64,000 nt of DNA. It comes from Giardia intestinalis (taxonomy: Eukaryota). Below are positions 50,658-61,098 of this stretch, in pieces. Every line of letters starts with the position of its first letter. The stretch's first letter is position 1. A program made the translations under genes and the position numbers. Below the pieces are notes generated by a model. That model was given only the letters and a program-made list of their open reading frames with translations. It had not been told where the DNA came from and made no database searches. The stretch is taken from NCBI GenBank assembly GCA_000002435.2, contig CM018790.1. One strand, 5' to 3'.

Positions 50658-50784
50658 AGAGAAATTTTATGGCGCGGAGAAAAATAAGTTTTAATAGATT
50701 ATTTCTTCAGTTCGCCCGGTCAGCTGTGCTCTGTCGACCACGAGCGTTACTCCCTTGCCACAGTAACTATCATAAAGTAATATA

Positions 50785-52158
50785 ATGCAATTTCTTGTTA
50801 CATCTCTCAAGCAGATTATCAATGCGCTTTATAGCCAGGGGTCTCCCTTGAAGCTGTCTGCAATCCGCTACAGCAATCTTTCTTCACGCAAACTATTTCC
50901 TCTCGTTGCTGGCCTTTTAACAGAAATACCAGAGGTGGACTTCAAAGACATTTTACTTACGATACGTCTATCAACATCGATCTATGGAAAGGAGATGTGC
51001 CACTTTCTGCACGACAGCAGGTACTTTCTATCTCGCTTCTGGGCCTGGTTCTATTCGTATTGTCCTAATTTGATAAGACAGTTTTCATGTTCAGTCACTA
51101 ATGCAGAACGCAAGATTCTTGCAGACATGGTAGCAATTGTGAAGGGATCTCTGGACGATGTCTTATTCTTCAATCTCAAGAACAAAGATATGTACCAGCC
51201 CTGTTGGGTCGTAATGCGACAGCCAGGGGTGCAAAGACTCGTGATAATTGCACGGGGGACTCTGTCTCTCCTTGACGGCTTTACTGACATAGACGCCTCC
51301 AGTGAGCCGCTGTCCAACTGCTTCCCGGAGCTTACTTCGGCACCGAACTTCTATGTACACCGCGGTGTCCTGCAAGCCACCATCTGGATGTATAATTCTA
51401 TTGTCCCGTGTCTCCATGCTTGGATCGATTCAGAACTGGCCTCCAGCAGAGCTGCCAAGCAAAGCCCTGAGACCGATACTGCTGGCTTCTCGCTACTGCT
51501 TTCCGGACACTCTTTGGGTAGCGCAGTGACTGTTCTGCTCGGAGCCCTTCTGCTCTTGAAACACCCTGATCGTTGGACGACAAGGAACATACAGTGCATC
51601 GGATATGGGTGCCCGCCTATCTCAAATGCTGCCTTCAGCGATTGGACAAAGGACTGGCTTACCATGTTCATATACGATATGGACATTGTCCCTAGACTAG
51701 GTGACCACTCGCTGCGTGTGCGGGCACGCAGAGCCGCAACGTATAAGGGAAACATTGAGACTCTTGAATCCGCCAACAGCATCAGTCGTACTTTGATGAT
51801 GAGCAACTCACTAATACTATCTGGAAATGTCTATCTGATTCAGCCAACCAGTGGCTACAGGCGTTACGGCTTTTGTATGCCAAAACCAATCTACAGCGCC
51901 AGCTCTATCATCGGAGAAACAAGCCTGAGTTCTTTGACCAAAGTCCTTGATGCGTCAGACGTCTATAGTGATGCATACTATCATTCGCCTCATAACGGGA
52001 TTGTCAAAGAGTTTGAGAATCGGCTGTACTTCGTTACCCCAATTGATCCACATGATTTTTCCGAGACTATGCTCAGCGAGGCTGCGCTTTATGACCACCT
52101 TTGTTACAGCAGCATAATCCCTCATATGTTCGACAGACGTAGCGACCCTCCTTTATAG
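50785..52158 (+). CDS. Class-3 (fungal-type) lipase / alpha-beta hydrolase family protein
   Basis: Nucleophile-elbow motif FSLLLSGHSLGSAVTVLLGALLLL (GHSLG), with secondary structure consistent with the Lipase_3 fold. ATG in an A-rich context (taatataATGcaa). Confidence 0.65.
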   Translation: MQFLVTSLKQIINALYSQGSPLKLSAIRYSNLSSRKLFPLVAGLLTEIPEVDFKDILLTIRLSTSIYGKEMCHFLHDSRYFLSRFWAWFYSYCPNLIRQFSCSVTNAERKILADMVAIVKGSLDDVLFFNLKNKDMYQPCWVVMRQPGVQRLVIIARGTLSLLDGFTDIDASSEPLSNCFPELTSAPNFYVHRGVLQATIWMYNSIVPCLHAWIDSELASSRAAKQSPETDTAGFSLLLSGHSLGSAVTVLLGALLLLKHPDRWTTRNIQCIGYGCPPISNAAFSDWTKDWLTMFIYDMDIVPRLGDHSLRVRARRAATYKGNIETLESANSISRTLMMSNSLILSGNVYLIQPTSGYRRYGFCMPKPIYSASSIIGETSLSSLTKVLDASDVYSDAYYHSPHNGIVKEFENRLYFVTPIDPHDFSETMLSEAALYDHLCYSSIIPHMFDRRSDPPL

Positions 52159-52219
52159 GGAAGCAATACTGAGCGCTCTGATAAAGTTCTCTGATAAACC
52201 ATCTAAATTATTTCATTGA

Positions 52220-52789
52220 ATGCTGCCGTGTTTGACCGGAAGCTTTCCCGAGGACGACCTCTGTGGTTATAATGAGCTAAGCAGCATTATCAGGGAGTAT
52301 GTCCCAGATCAGCGCACCGAAATTGCAGATTTTGGCTGCGGGTATAGCGGCGTACTTCTTTCGCTATATGGTCAAGGATATCACCTGTTGACGGGCATCG
52401 ACATCGATTATGCCGTAGTTAGCAAGATGGCCGAGAAGACCAAGACAATAGAGTCAATTGACTGGAGGGCAGAGGATATCCGCAGCTTACCCCTTCCGAA
52501 TGAAACGTTTGGCTGCATTCTCTTTAAGAATGTGTTTTCTATGACTACCTTACAGCTAGATATTTGCAGCGCTATAGAAGCCGTTCACGAGGCCCACCGT
52601 GTGCTCTGCCATAATGGTGTCTTGATTTGTGTTAGTACTCTATCCTCGGAGCAACTTTCCATGGTCTTACAAGGACCCGGACTGACATGGACTCCTGTGT
52701 CCATATCCACTTCACATTCCCTTGCCGGCGCAGAACAACAGCCTGCGCCTCGTGTTCCTTATATCGTCGCAATTCTCCGGAAGCCCTGA
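52220..52789 (+). CDS. Small class I SAM-dependent methyltransferase
   Basis: Motif I IADFGCGYSGVLLSLY (D/ExGxGxG), followed by an acidic residue at the end of beta-2 (GIDIDYA), motif post I. Size (189 aa) fits the minimal Rossmann MTase fold. Confidence 0.55.
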   Translation: MLPCLTGSFPEDDLCGYNELSSIIREYVPDQRTEIADFGCGYSGVLLSLYGQGYHLLTGIDIDYAVVSKMAEKTKTIESIDWRAEDIRSLPLPNETFGCILFKNVFSMTTLQLDICSAIEAVHEAHRVLCHNGVLICVSTLSSEQLSMVLQGPGLTWTPVSISTSHSLAGAEQQPAPRVPYIVAILRKP

Positions 52790-52858
52790 CCACGTACTGC
52801 TCTAGACCAAAAATCGAGATCAGAAAGAGATGGCTAGCACGTTTACTTGTAGCCATAG

Positions 52859-54550
52859 TCAGTTCCACTCTGTCTGCCCAGGGACCTGGGGCTTCGGACC
52901 ACCAGCCTGCTTGCGCATCACAATCACGTCGACGCGAAGGACATTGCAGGCGGTGTCTGTTGCCATGCGCATGGCCCATGCCTTTATAGCGAGGCTATCG
53001 TAGATCTGTGCAGCGCTAGTGTTGAGTGTCCACTCGCCGCTCTCATCGGCCCCATCTATGTTGACGCCCGTGTAGTCGACTCCTTGGACGTGCCTGGACT
53101 GCATCTCCGTCATTACCTCATCCGCAGGCAATCCTGCAGTCTCCGCCAAAAGCCTCGGAACAACTTCTAAGGCTTCAGCGTAGGCATGCATGGAATATTG
53201 CTGCAAGCCTGGCTCTTTGGAAGCGAGATCATGAAGCTGCGTAGCCAGCGCCATCTCTGCTGCCCCTGCCCCAGGCAAGAACCGGTCGTCACTACATGCA
53301 GCCTTGACCACATTGACTGCGTTGCCGATGGCGATAGAGACATCGTTTAGGACGCTCTGAGTTGCTGCACGCAAGACTATCGTCGTGATGTCTCTGCAAC
53401 TGACTCCAGGATCTTCCGCCACTCCGCCATCACTGGCAACATTGGCGCTGCCATCGTCCCTGGCCACAATGACCTGCTTATCTCCTATCTCTTCTATCGT
53501 CATTTCACTGCAAGCGCCCAGCTTCTCTTGTTCGGGAACACGGAACGTCATATTTAGGGCTGCACCTACACTCTTGGCAAAGCGTCGCACTTCAAACTTG
53601 GATCCAATCTTCACCGCAAGTATATTGTACTTATCGCAGAAGTGCAATGCCAGATCGTGGAAGCTCATCTGAGACACAATAACGTTGATGCCACTGTCAG
53701 AGAACTCTTTAATTTTAGCGTCCATCGCCTTCTCTTCCGAGGCAGAAAGATCCAGCAGCTCTTCTGCGCTCTGTAATAAAACCGTTCCTTTGGTCTCAGT
53801 CCTATCCAACTCAATGGCGCATCCATAGACAGCGATCCTGCAGTTCTGCATTCGCTGCACTGCACCCCGAGGAAGTGTGGGAATTACGAAGCCGCGGACC
53901 ACGAAAGAATCCGTGATTGACCTGCCCGGGACCTTTGCGATGCGTATGCTCTCTGGGTTGAAAAGACGTGAGTCTTCGGGAATGACCTGAACACAAGCCT
54001 CTGCAACGAGTCCTGAGAGGAAGTCTTCATAGCCGCTTTGCTTGGACGCCAGGGCAGGCTTTATGGCAAGCGCTAGCTGCTTCTTATCGTGTAAATCCCC
54101 GAACGGTCGGTAGATAAGCGTGCTTGAGCTGTTGCCGTCCAGCTGATTGAGAATGTGCCTGAGGGCGCGTTCATATCCTGCAATAATGTCTGTGACCACC
54201 AGCCCCTGCTCCAAAAGGTCCTTTGCACGCTCAAGGAGCTCTCCAGCGAAGGTGACCACCAGATTTGTTCCGTCGCCGTATTCCAATGCCTGATTCTGTG
54301 CCGCCATCACAAGCATCTTTGCAGCCGGATGGTTGACTTCTATCTCTGTTGCGATTGCGCTGGCATTCTTGGTGATGACCAATTTCTCTGAGTGATTCAA
54401 TATCATCTTGGAGAGTCCATTGGGTCCCATGGATGTCCGTGTGATGCGTACAAGCTGCATGCACGCCTCTATGTTTTTGAACACAGCCTCTTCAAGCCCG
54501 GAGTAGCTGCTGGTCCCGACCTTCATCATGGAAGAACTTCCAAGCGACAT
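52859..54550 (-). CDS. CCT8: T-complex protein 1 (CCT/TRiC chaperonin) subunit theta
   Basis: SGLEEAVFKNIEAC...TRTSMGPNGLSKMILNHSEKLVITKNASAIATEIEVNHPAAKMLVMAAQNQALEYGDGTNLVVTFAGELLE aligns closely to the CCT8 N-terminus. The C-terminus LRVDVIVMRKQAGGPKPQ matches CCT8's LRVDQIIMAKPAGGPKPP. Confidence 0.9.
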   Translation of the reverse strand: MSLGSSSMMKVGTSSYSGLEEAVFKNIEACMQLVRITRTSMGPNGLSKMILNHSEKLVITKNASAIATEIEVNHPAAKMLVMAAQNQALEYGDGTNLVVTFAGELLERAKDLLEQGLVVTDIIAGYERALRHILNQLDGNSSSTLIYRPFGDLHDKKQLALAIKPALASKQSGYEDFLSGLVAEACVQVIPEDSRLFNPESIRIAKVPGRSITDSFVVRGFVIPTLPRGAVQRMQNCRIAVYGCAIELDRTETKGTVLLQSAEELLDLSASEEKAMDAKIKEFSDSGINVIVSQMSFHDLALHFCDKYNILAVKIGSKFEVRRFAKSVGAALNMTFRVPEQEKLGACSEMTIEEIGDKQVIVARDDGSANVASDGGVAEDPGVSCRDITTIVLRAATQSVLNDVSIAIGNAVNVVKAACSDDRFLPGAGAAEMALATQLHDLASKEPGLQQYSMHAYAEALEVVPRLLAETAGLPADEVMTEMQSRHVQGVDYTGVNIDGADESGEWTLNTSAAQIYDSLAIKAWAMRMATDTACNVLRVDVIVMRKQAGGPKPQVPGQTEWN

Positions 54551-54779
54551 CTAGTCCTTCCTGCCTTTTTAGTATTTATTTTTGAAATTTGTTTTCAGCA
54601 TGAATACACAACGCTCCACAGCACCTTCTAAAAAGCTTTTCAACAATGCTTTGCAGAATGCGATCGCAGTGTTGGCTTAAATCTACAACAGCTAACATCC
54701 TAAGTAGCCGTGGGTGCCTCTCAGGCCTCGATACTTCTCCTAGGTTCTGGTCTGTCTGTATGTTGAATGTTTAGAACGA

Positions 54780-54808
54780 GGTCCCATTTCAAAAAACCAA
54801 AAAATTAA
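54780..54808 (+). promoter_or_regulatory. A-rich initiator-like element immediately upstream of the VPS15 start codon
   Basis: tcccatttcaaaaaaccaaaaaattaaATGggt is a typical Giardia short A/T-rich core promoter. Confidence 0.35.
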
Positions 54809-57800
54809 ATGGGTAATAGACTTTCTACCCTCATGTCTCCAGGCATTTTCTCCAAGAAATACATGATTCCGTGGAATGTTAAGGTGACTTCTTTTGAAGC
54901 ACTGAATACGAGCCGTTTTCTGAAAAGCTATCATGCCGAAAACCCGCAGACCAAGCAAGACTTTATTCTGAAGGTCTTCGTCAAATTGGAAGACATCGAT
55001 CTCTCTATCTTTAAATTTATGCTATCTCACTATAGGGAGAAGATCAATCGCTGCTGCCCCCATGTTCTTCCCTACATGGGCGAGTATGAGTCCAAGACGC
55101 ACGGCTTTCTGATTCGCCCCATGTTGTATCAAAGTCTTCCCGAATTCATTTTACAAAATCCATGGCTCACTAGGGGCCACAAAGTTTTGTACTCCATACA
55201 GATGATACTTGCAGTGAAAGAAATGCACGAGGCCGGCCTCGTCCACGGCGACATCAAACTCTCTAATTTTCTTGTCACGCATACCCATAGCCTCATGCTT
55301 ACAGACTTTGCACCCTTTAAGCCCTATCAGGTGTCGATGAGCAATCCCGTTGCTCTTAGTTACTACTTCACAGATACGATTGCCCCAGAACGTATTGTCC
55401 AGGCAGACGAGGAGCTAGATACTCTCCTTCTGCCAACCATGGAAGCGGATGTCTTCTCTCTGGGATCTGCGCTCCTGGAGCTCTGGACCTCCATCAAACC
55501 TTTCGATCTGCCAACCCTGTTTGAGTATCGCGACGCAAAAACAGGGAACATCATTAATTATGTCTTATCTTTGCTTGATCACATCACTCACGAGGAGCTC
55601 CGCGGGCTGGTCCACGCTATGATCAACCCCATTCCTTCTCAGCGCATCGACCTCTCTACCCTTCAGATCAGAAGCATCTTTACACCGGAGGAGCTCTTTG
55701 CATCTGACATTATCCTTTGTTTCCTAAAGTTCTTTAACCCCCTAAACCTGGACGATGTTGTGCACGTGGGAGCAACGCTCTTTGATGGCATATGTGACAT
55801 GTATCTCAATAGCTCCTCATCGCAAAAGGCAGCTCTTACAAAGTGTTACTTTTGTGATATTCATCATAGGTTTCAGTTTGAGCAACAGCAGCAACAGCCC
55901 GACGATCAGCATGCAAGCAAAAAGGCGTCCACAATGGCTAGGGCCTCCTCGACGATAAACTTAGGGGCTCAGAGCAGCGCAAATATTACCAGATTCGACC
56001 TTCCACAGGATAAAAAGCATCAGGCCAAGAAACCTATAGAGATGCCGTACCTGTGCACGACAAACATGGAGATACCATTCAAGATCATTGAGCAGTTAGA
56101 TGGAACCGTCTTAAGGTCTCTTGCTACCTGCGACTGCGTTCATCGAATACTGAAGGAAGGAAGAACTAGCGAAGTTAGTTGGAACTGTAACGTCTTTGGT
56201 CCATTTCGGCGAATTCTGGCCTCGGATACGCTGCAAGCGGCGATGTACCACATAGCCTACTCCATCATGAGGCTGATTCAACTAGATGCATTTTCCATCA
56301 GTGATACATATAAGAAGGGTATCCTCACTGTCTGCAGCTATGCTCTTTTCATGGATGACTCGTACGTGTCCCACCTTATCCGCATGGCATATAGAGTCTT
56401 TCGTCTGCGACCCACGGCGGTAACGCTTGGCGGCGTAGCGTACCTCCTCAATCTTCTTACGACTGCATACCAGGACATACACTATATTCCTCTGTTGGTC
56501 ATGGGCGAAGTCTTTCTTCCCAAGAACCAGCACGACAGATTTCTAGAGGGGGTAGAGATTGCTAGGCACCAGCTACTAGATGTGGAGTCTTTGGATGAGA
56601 AAGCGTTTGAAAGCTTAGCTAATATTTTCCTCTACACAGCCGGCTCATCTAGCACAACCTACCCATATTTAATCAACCACTCCTATGTGATCCAGCTGTT
56701 CCCACTTCTTCTTGCCAGCGTTGCCCGACTCAGCGGCGGAGATCCTGCTCTGAAGGTCATTATAAACGCCATTCTGTTGCGAAATAAGACCTCCCTTTTG
56801 TATAACATCTTGCGTTCTACTTCAATCACACCGATCATCCTTAGCTCAATAAGGCTTCTTTCCGACAACATTGTACTAATATCTTCGCTTTTGCCTGGAA
56901 TTCTTCCTCTTTACTTGGACTTTTTGGGAAGAACAGACTTAAGAAAAATCACCCACTTCTGCCTCGGTGACGCGATTGCGTCCATCTTTGGAGGCTGTCT
57001 GGATCAGCTTGAACCATCGTGCAAGCATATAACATCTCTAAAGACTACATTTCAAGGGGCACGCGGGGCACACTCGGGCAAGGACATATTCTTCTATGTA
57101 CGCATTTTCCTTAACAACTACCACCCTCTTCGCGATGATAAGGCGGCCGGCACCATCTTTGCAGCCATACTGAAGTCGATCTCTATCCTCCCATTGGACC
57201 TGCAATCCACGTGCATCTACTTATTCTGCAAATCCGTCTACATCCCTTCGGTTCAGTTGTCAGATGATTTGGGACGTTCCCTGTGGAGCCCTAATAATCA
57301 GAACATCTGGCTTTTGCTGAATGCAATAAAGACAGTCATAGAGAAGAAGGATTCTCAGGACGCACTTCTATTCTCGTTCTTCTTGAATGATAACCTTAAT
57401 CAATACGTTAATATTCGCCTTGCAGGGGCGCTCATGAAGATACTGACTCTTACTGTACGATCGTTTGACCTTTCCACGCAGGATTCATCTCAATATGCAG
57501 GTGTTCTCATCAAGCGTCACGTAAAGCAGAGCGTAAACGATCGTAGGCATCAGGTCATGCATATTATCTTGCCAAAGCTATCCCCCGTCGCTCCCCAGAT
57601 AGTAGAGAATCTCCACTTGTTTTATCCAGACCTGCACAAGTACTCTAGCTTCAGTGATGACGTTTCTACCCACCATGATCCTGACTACGACATCCAGCAT
57701 GAGGTCCTACGCAAGATTCAGGAAAATTACGCGCTCATAGAACGGTTGACCTTTTTGACCATCGACGATCTTACCAATCCCCAGCGCTACCTTTTCATGC

Positions 57801-60800
57801 TTCAAGAGATAGTTCATGCCGCTAGCACCATAATTGAGAACCTGACCACTTTTGTACAACAAATAGCAATAAGCACAAGCATCAATACGGACAACTTGCA
57901 AGAAAAACATGAAGAAAATCTTCCGCTCTATCTGCTGGTCAAAGACATGCCTACAGCGCCCGATGCCAATCCCAGTTTCAGCGGCATGCATGCACGCACG
58001 CAAGACGATATTCTGCATTCAAGCAAGGAGCTGAGCAGGGCTAACTTTTCGGCATCGCAGCGAATGGATTTCCGCTCGCTGACTTCGCTAAACGACGTTA
58101 GTATCTGGACAGACGCCTCTGTCAGTAGAGTCGCGGAAGAGCTTGTGTATGCAGGACATGGCAGCAGTGGTTCCCGCCATCTGATTGTTTCTAATGAGTA
58201 CCAAGTTCTGCTAAAAGACGGTGAGCGAGCCCGACATGTTGTGGAGCTGTTTTATGGTCCCGTGGGAGATGCAAAGGACCGCATGAAGGAAATACTTTTC
58301 GGAAAGGACCAGGAAGCGAGCATAGAAGACACGTCTGTGCAATACTCTACGTATAGCCTTATTCCGGAAATTAGTACGCTTCCAGATGAAAGTGTTTTGC
58401 ATTCGACGCTCTTTAGCTCGCTTCTTTCGGCCTGCAAGCCATTCCTGATTACTGACGCAAGCGCCTCCATACGAAATATGCTCCGTCCAGGGATCCTTTC
58501 TGGATACCTTTGCAAGTCCCTAAACATGCAGTCTGTCGTTCTCGCCAGGAGGTGGCTGCCGTTTCTTCGCGAGTCATCTTTGCCACCGTCAGCACTTCCC
58601 AAACTACTTAATACTCTTCTGAATAACCTGCTGATCATTAGTCCGGGGACCCACTCCCTTCCTACTAGCAACAGCCTTATCCAGCATGTCTGCAAGCAGT
58701 TTAAGGTTGAGGATATGCTTTCTGACAAACCAACAGAAATTGGTAGGGAGTTTATTACCATTCCAGGCCTCCAGCATGATCTGAAGAATACATCTGTCAT
58801 AATCACATATCAAAATCCTCTGGCATATTCCAGGCACGAGCTTGTAAAATATATCGTAGCAGAAACCCAGGTAGCTTTGGATTTCATCTCTATGAGGGCG
58901 AATCCCAGAGGCGACCTGATCATGAACAGCAAGACCATTCAAGGCATGCAGTCAAACAATCCGCTGTACACGCATTACTCAAACCTGATAAGGGCTGCTT
59001 CGGACCTAATCATCAACGCGTCCATAACCCATCATGTGAACAAAACTCCGTACAGAGCCTTACTACCCGCGAATTCGGTTAGTCTGAACGATATCCAGGG
59101 ACCTCTAGAGCGCATTGGAACGATACAAAGCAAGCTTGCATATGACTTTGTCGCAAATGACCACGTCTCCATGACATCAAAGAACATGACCCTCCCCGGG
59201 TGCGTTCAAACAAGGGTTTCATATAACTACGCAAGCCTCAAATCCTTTACCTACTCGGCGATTGGAAATATGTTTATCATCTTAGATGCTAAAAACTACA
59301 TTCACTTCTATCTCAATCCAGTGGACGAGGCGATCAAATTCTTGGCGCAAAGGATTCTTCTCCTCTCAAGGACAGTAAAGATATCTATGGAGAGCTCGCC
59401 AGAAGCCCATGCTGACCACTACTCAGTATTGGCAGGGCTTCCTCAAGGACTTCCTCAACTGCAGAATGAACCTAAGCACCAGAAGATCACGGCCCCCGTT
59501 CTAACGTCTAGCCCTGCTCTGGAGTCATTAGAAAGCATTATGGAGTATCTAAGTACTGGGGTACTAACTCTTCCTCTAGCAACATTCCACATACCTGGTG
59601 TTTCCATCTTACATATCTTTGTGGATCCTTGTGGCATACCCATACTTGGGGGCGGAAAAGCGACAGAGAAGAAAAGTGTGCGCCACGAATTCCTAGCACT
59701 CAATATTGTTACCGATAGTTGCGTGGTTAAGCTCTTAGTTGATCCTGACATGCTTATCCAGCAATATACAGAGGCCATTTTGGTGACCGACAGCAACTGC
59801 AATGCTAATAGGGCTGGGGGTGTCACCTTTAGCATGAATGACGCTGTCTTTTCATTGTCCATTAGCGGCTCCGGTAAAAGTGTGGAGTTAGTGGACTTTG
59901 GGATGCTACACAAAACACAGCTTAACGGTGCGCTTACTGAGAACACAATCCAGTACCTATTGCCATACCTGACTGCAGATCAGATCTGCACGTTTCTTAA
60001 GGCATACCACAATGACTCTGTCACTGAGAAGTCTTCGGCACCTAAAGTCACACACCTGTACATGCACTCAACCCTCTCTGCTTCCCTAGACCACGCTAAT
60101 GGTGTGGAGCTTCTACTGACTAGGCTCAGATACAAGAACCAGTTTCCTTTGAACCTCAAATCTGCTGAAAGCCAGGTTTATTCCGTGATGCCGCACAGGA
60201 TCCTAACGTATTACAATTGCTACCTCTTGTCAGAAATCGTCGCTATCCTCTCTACTACAGTGGTAACCTGCACTGCTCTTTATGATGGTACTTCTGGGAA
60301 TCGCATGTACACATTGCCTAAGGAGTTCGGGGAGATCCAATATGCGTGCGAGTCAGCCTCTGGCAGCATTGCCGTTCTAACATCTATGGGCTGGCTCATT
60401 CTCCTTGAGTTCAGGGCGGGCAACCTTCTCGATCTCTGGGTATTGGCTGAGAAGCAACGCTACAATGTTCATAGGTATTCGGCGATTTTAGGCTTCAATG
60501 GCCTACTGAGCCCCACGCATTCATTTACACACGAAGCTGAAGAGAGCGCAGAAGCCATTACCGAGTCCACCGCAAAACCTTCTGTGCGCAGATACTATGC
60601 TATTACTAGTACGTTATTTATTGTAGCATACGGCTCCCATGTGGTTATCTACGAATTTGACAGCAAACTGGAGAATCCTGTCCTTCAATTCGTCGGTGGG
60701 CTTGATGTCCGCATGAGTGGCCACACTAAGAATCGCACAAAGCAACAGGAAAAGCCAGCATTTTCAGCCATTACTAGTCACGAGAACTCTTGCATCCTTG

Positions 60801-61075
60801 GATTGTCGAACGGGGCAGTTCTTATGGTCAATGAGTGTGAAAAGGAAATCATATCATGTAAAATGCTCTCCTCTCCAAACAAGTATCGTATAACTTCTAA
60901 CATTGATTTGGCATCGACTGATACTGTTACTAATAACCACAAAAAGTTCGGTGTGTTTTTCAGCAACCAGCCCTCAGGACTAGTAGCCCACCAGGGGCCT
61001 GTTGTTGCTATCAAGAGCTCTGGACACAGTGTGTTTAGTGCGGACACCAGTGGGCTAATACTCTTCTATCACTAA
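54809..61075 (+). CDS. VPS15: Serine/threonine protein kinase VPS15 (the PI3K class III regulatory subunit, p150/PIK3R4 orthologue): N-myristoylated kinase domain, helical HEAT region, C-terminal WD40-like region. Unusually long at 2088 aa.
   Basis: Starts MGNRLS, a myristoylation consensus shared with yeast Vps15 (MGAQLS) and human PIK3R4 (MGNQLA). The catalytic-loop and activation region HGDIKLSNFLVTHTHSLMLTDFAPFKP...FTDTIAPERIV closely matches the VPS15 signature HGDIK.EN.LVTSWNW..LTDFASFKP...APERF. Confidence 0.85.
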   Translation: MGNRLSTLMSPGIFSKKYMIPWNVKVTSFEALNTSRFLKSYHAENPQTKQDFILKVFVKLEDIDLSIFKFMLSHYREKINRCCPHVLPYMGEYESKTHGFLIRPMLYQSLPEFILQNPWLTRGHKVLYSIQMILAVKEMHEAGLVHGDIKLSNFLVTHTHSLMLTDFAPFKPYQVSMSNPVALSYYFTDTIAPERIVQADEELDTLLLPTMEADVFSLGSALLELWTSIKPFDLPTLFEYRDAKTGNIINYVLSLLDHITHEELRGLVHAMINPIPSQRIDLSTLQIRSIFTPEELFASDIILCFLKFFNPLNLDDVVHVGATLFDGICDMYLNSSSSQKAALTKCYFCDIHHRFQFEQQQQQPDDQHASKKASTMARASSTINLGAQSSANITRFDLPQDKKHQAKKPIEMPYLCTTNMEIPFKIIEQLDGTVLRSLATCDCVHRILKEGRTSEVSWNCNVFGPFRRILASDTLQAAMYHIAYSIMRLIQLDAFSISDTYKKGILTVCSYALFMDDSYVSHLIRMAYRVFRLRPTAVTLGGVAYLLNLLTTAYQDIHYIPLLVMGEVFLPKNQHDRFLEGVEIARHQLLDVESLDEKAFESLANIFLYTAGSSSTTYPYLINHSYVIQLFPLLLASVARLSGGDPALKVIINAILLRNKTSLLYNILRSTSITPIILSSIRLLSDNIVLISSLLPGILPLYLDFLGRTDLRKITHFCLGDAIASIFGGCLDQLEPSCKHITSLKTTFQGARGAHSGKDIFFYVRIFLNNYHPLRDDKAAGTIFAAILKSISILPLDLQSTCIYLFCKSVYIPSVQLSDDLGRSLWSPNNQNIWLLLNAIKTVIEKKDSQDALLFSFFLNDNLNQYVNIRLAGALMKILTLTVRSFDLSTQDSSQYAGVLIKRHVKQSVNDRRHQVMHIILPKLSPVAPQIVENLHLFYPDLHKYSSFSDDVSTHHDPDYDIQHEVLRKIQENYALIERLTFLTIDDLTNPQRYLFMLQEIVHAASTIIENLTTFVQQIAISTSINTDNLQEKHEENLPLYLLVKDMPTAPDANPSFSGMHARTQDDILHSSKELSRANFSASQRMDFRSLTSLNDVSIWTDASVSRVAEELVYAGHGSSGSRHLIVSNEYQVLLKDGERARHVVELFYGPVGDAKDRMKEILFGKDQEASIEDTSVQYSTYSLIPEISTLPDESVLHSTLFSSLLSACKPFLITDASASIRNMLRPGILSGYLCKSLNMQSVVLARRWLPFLRESSLPPSALPKLLNTLLNNLLIISPGTHSLPTSNSLIQHVCKQFKVEDMLSDKPTEIGREFITIPGLQHDLKNTSVIITYQNPLAYSRHELVKYIVAETQVALDFISMRANPRGDLIMNSKTIQGMQSNNPLYTHYSNLIRAASDLIINASITHHVNKTPYRALLPANSVSLNDIQGPLERIGTIQSKLAYDFVANDHVSMTSKNMTLPGCVQTRVSYNYASLKSFTYSAIGNMFIILDAKNYIHFYLNPVDEAIKFLAQRILLLSRTVKISMESSPEAHADHYSVLAGLPQGLPQLQNEPKHQKITAPVLTSSPALESLESIMEYLSTGVLTLPLATFHIPGVSILHIFVDPCGIPILGGGKATEKKSVRHEFLALNIVTDSCVVKLLVDPDMLIQQYTEAILVTDSNCNANRAGGVTFSMNDAVFSLSISGSGKSVELVDFGMLHKTQLNGALTENTIQYLLPYLTADQICTFLKAYHNDSVTEKSSAPKVTHLYMHSTLSASLDHANGVELLLTRLRYKNQFPLNLKSAESQVYSVMPHRILTYYNCYLLSEIVAILSTTVVTCTALYDGTSGNRMYTLPKEFGEIQYACESASGSIAVLTSMGWLILLEFRAGNLLDLWVLAEKQRYNVHRYSAILGFNGLLSPTHSFTHEAEESAEAITESTAKPSVRRYYAITSTLFIVAYGSHVVIYEFDSKLENPVLQFVGGLDVRMSGHTKNRTKQQEKPAFSAITSHENSCILGLSNGAVLMVNECEKEIISCKMLSSPNKYRITSNIDLASTDTVTNNHKKFGVFFSNQPSGLVAHQGPVVAIKSSGHSVFSADTSGLILFYH

Positions 61076-61098
61076 ACATAAAAATTAGATTGAAATAA

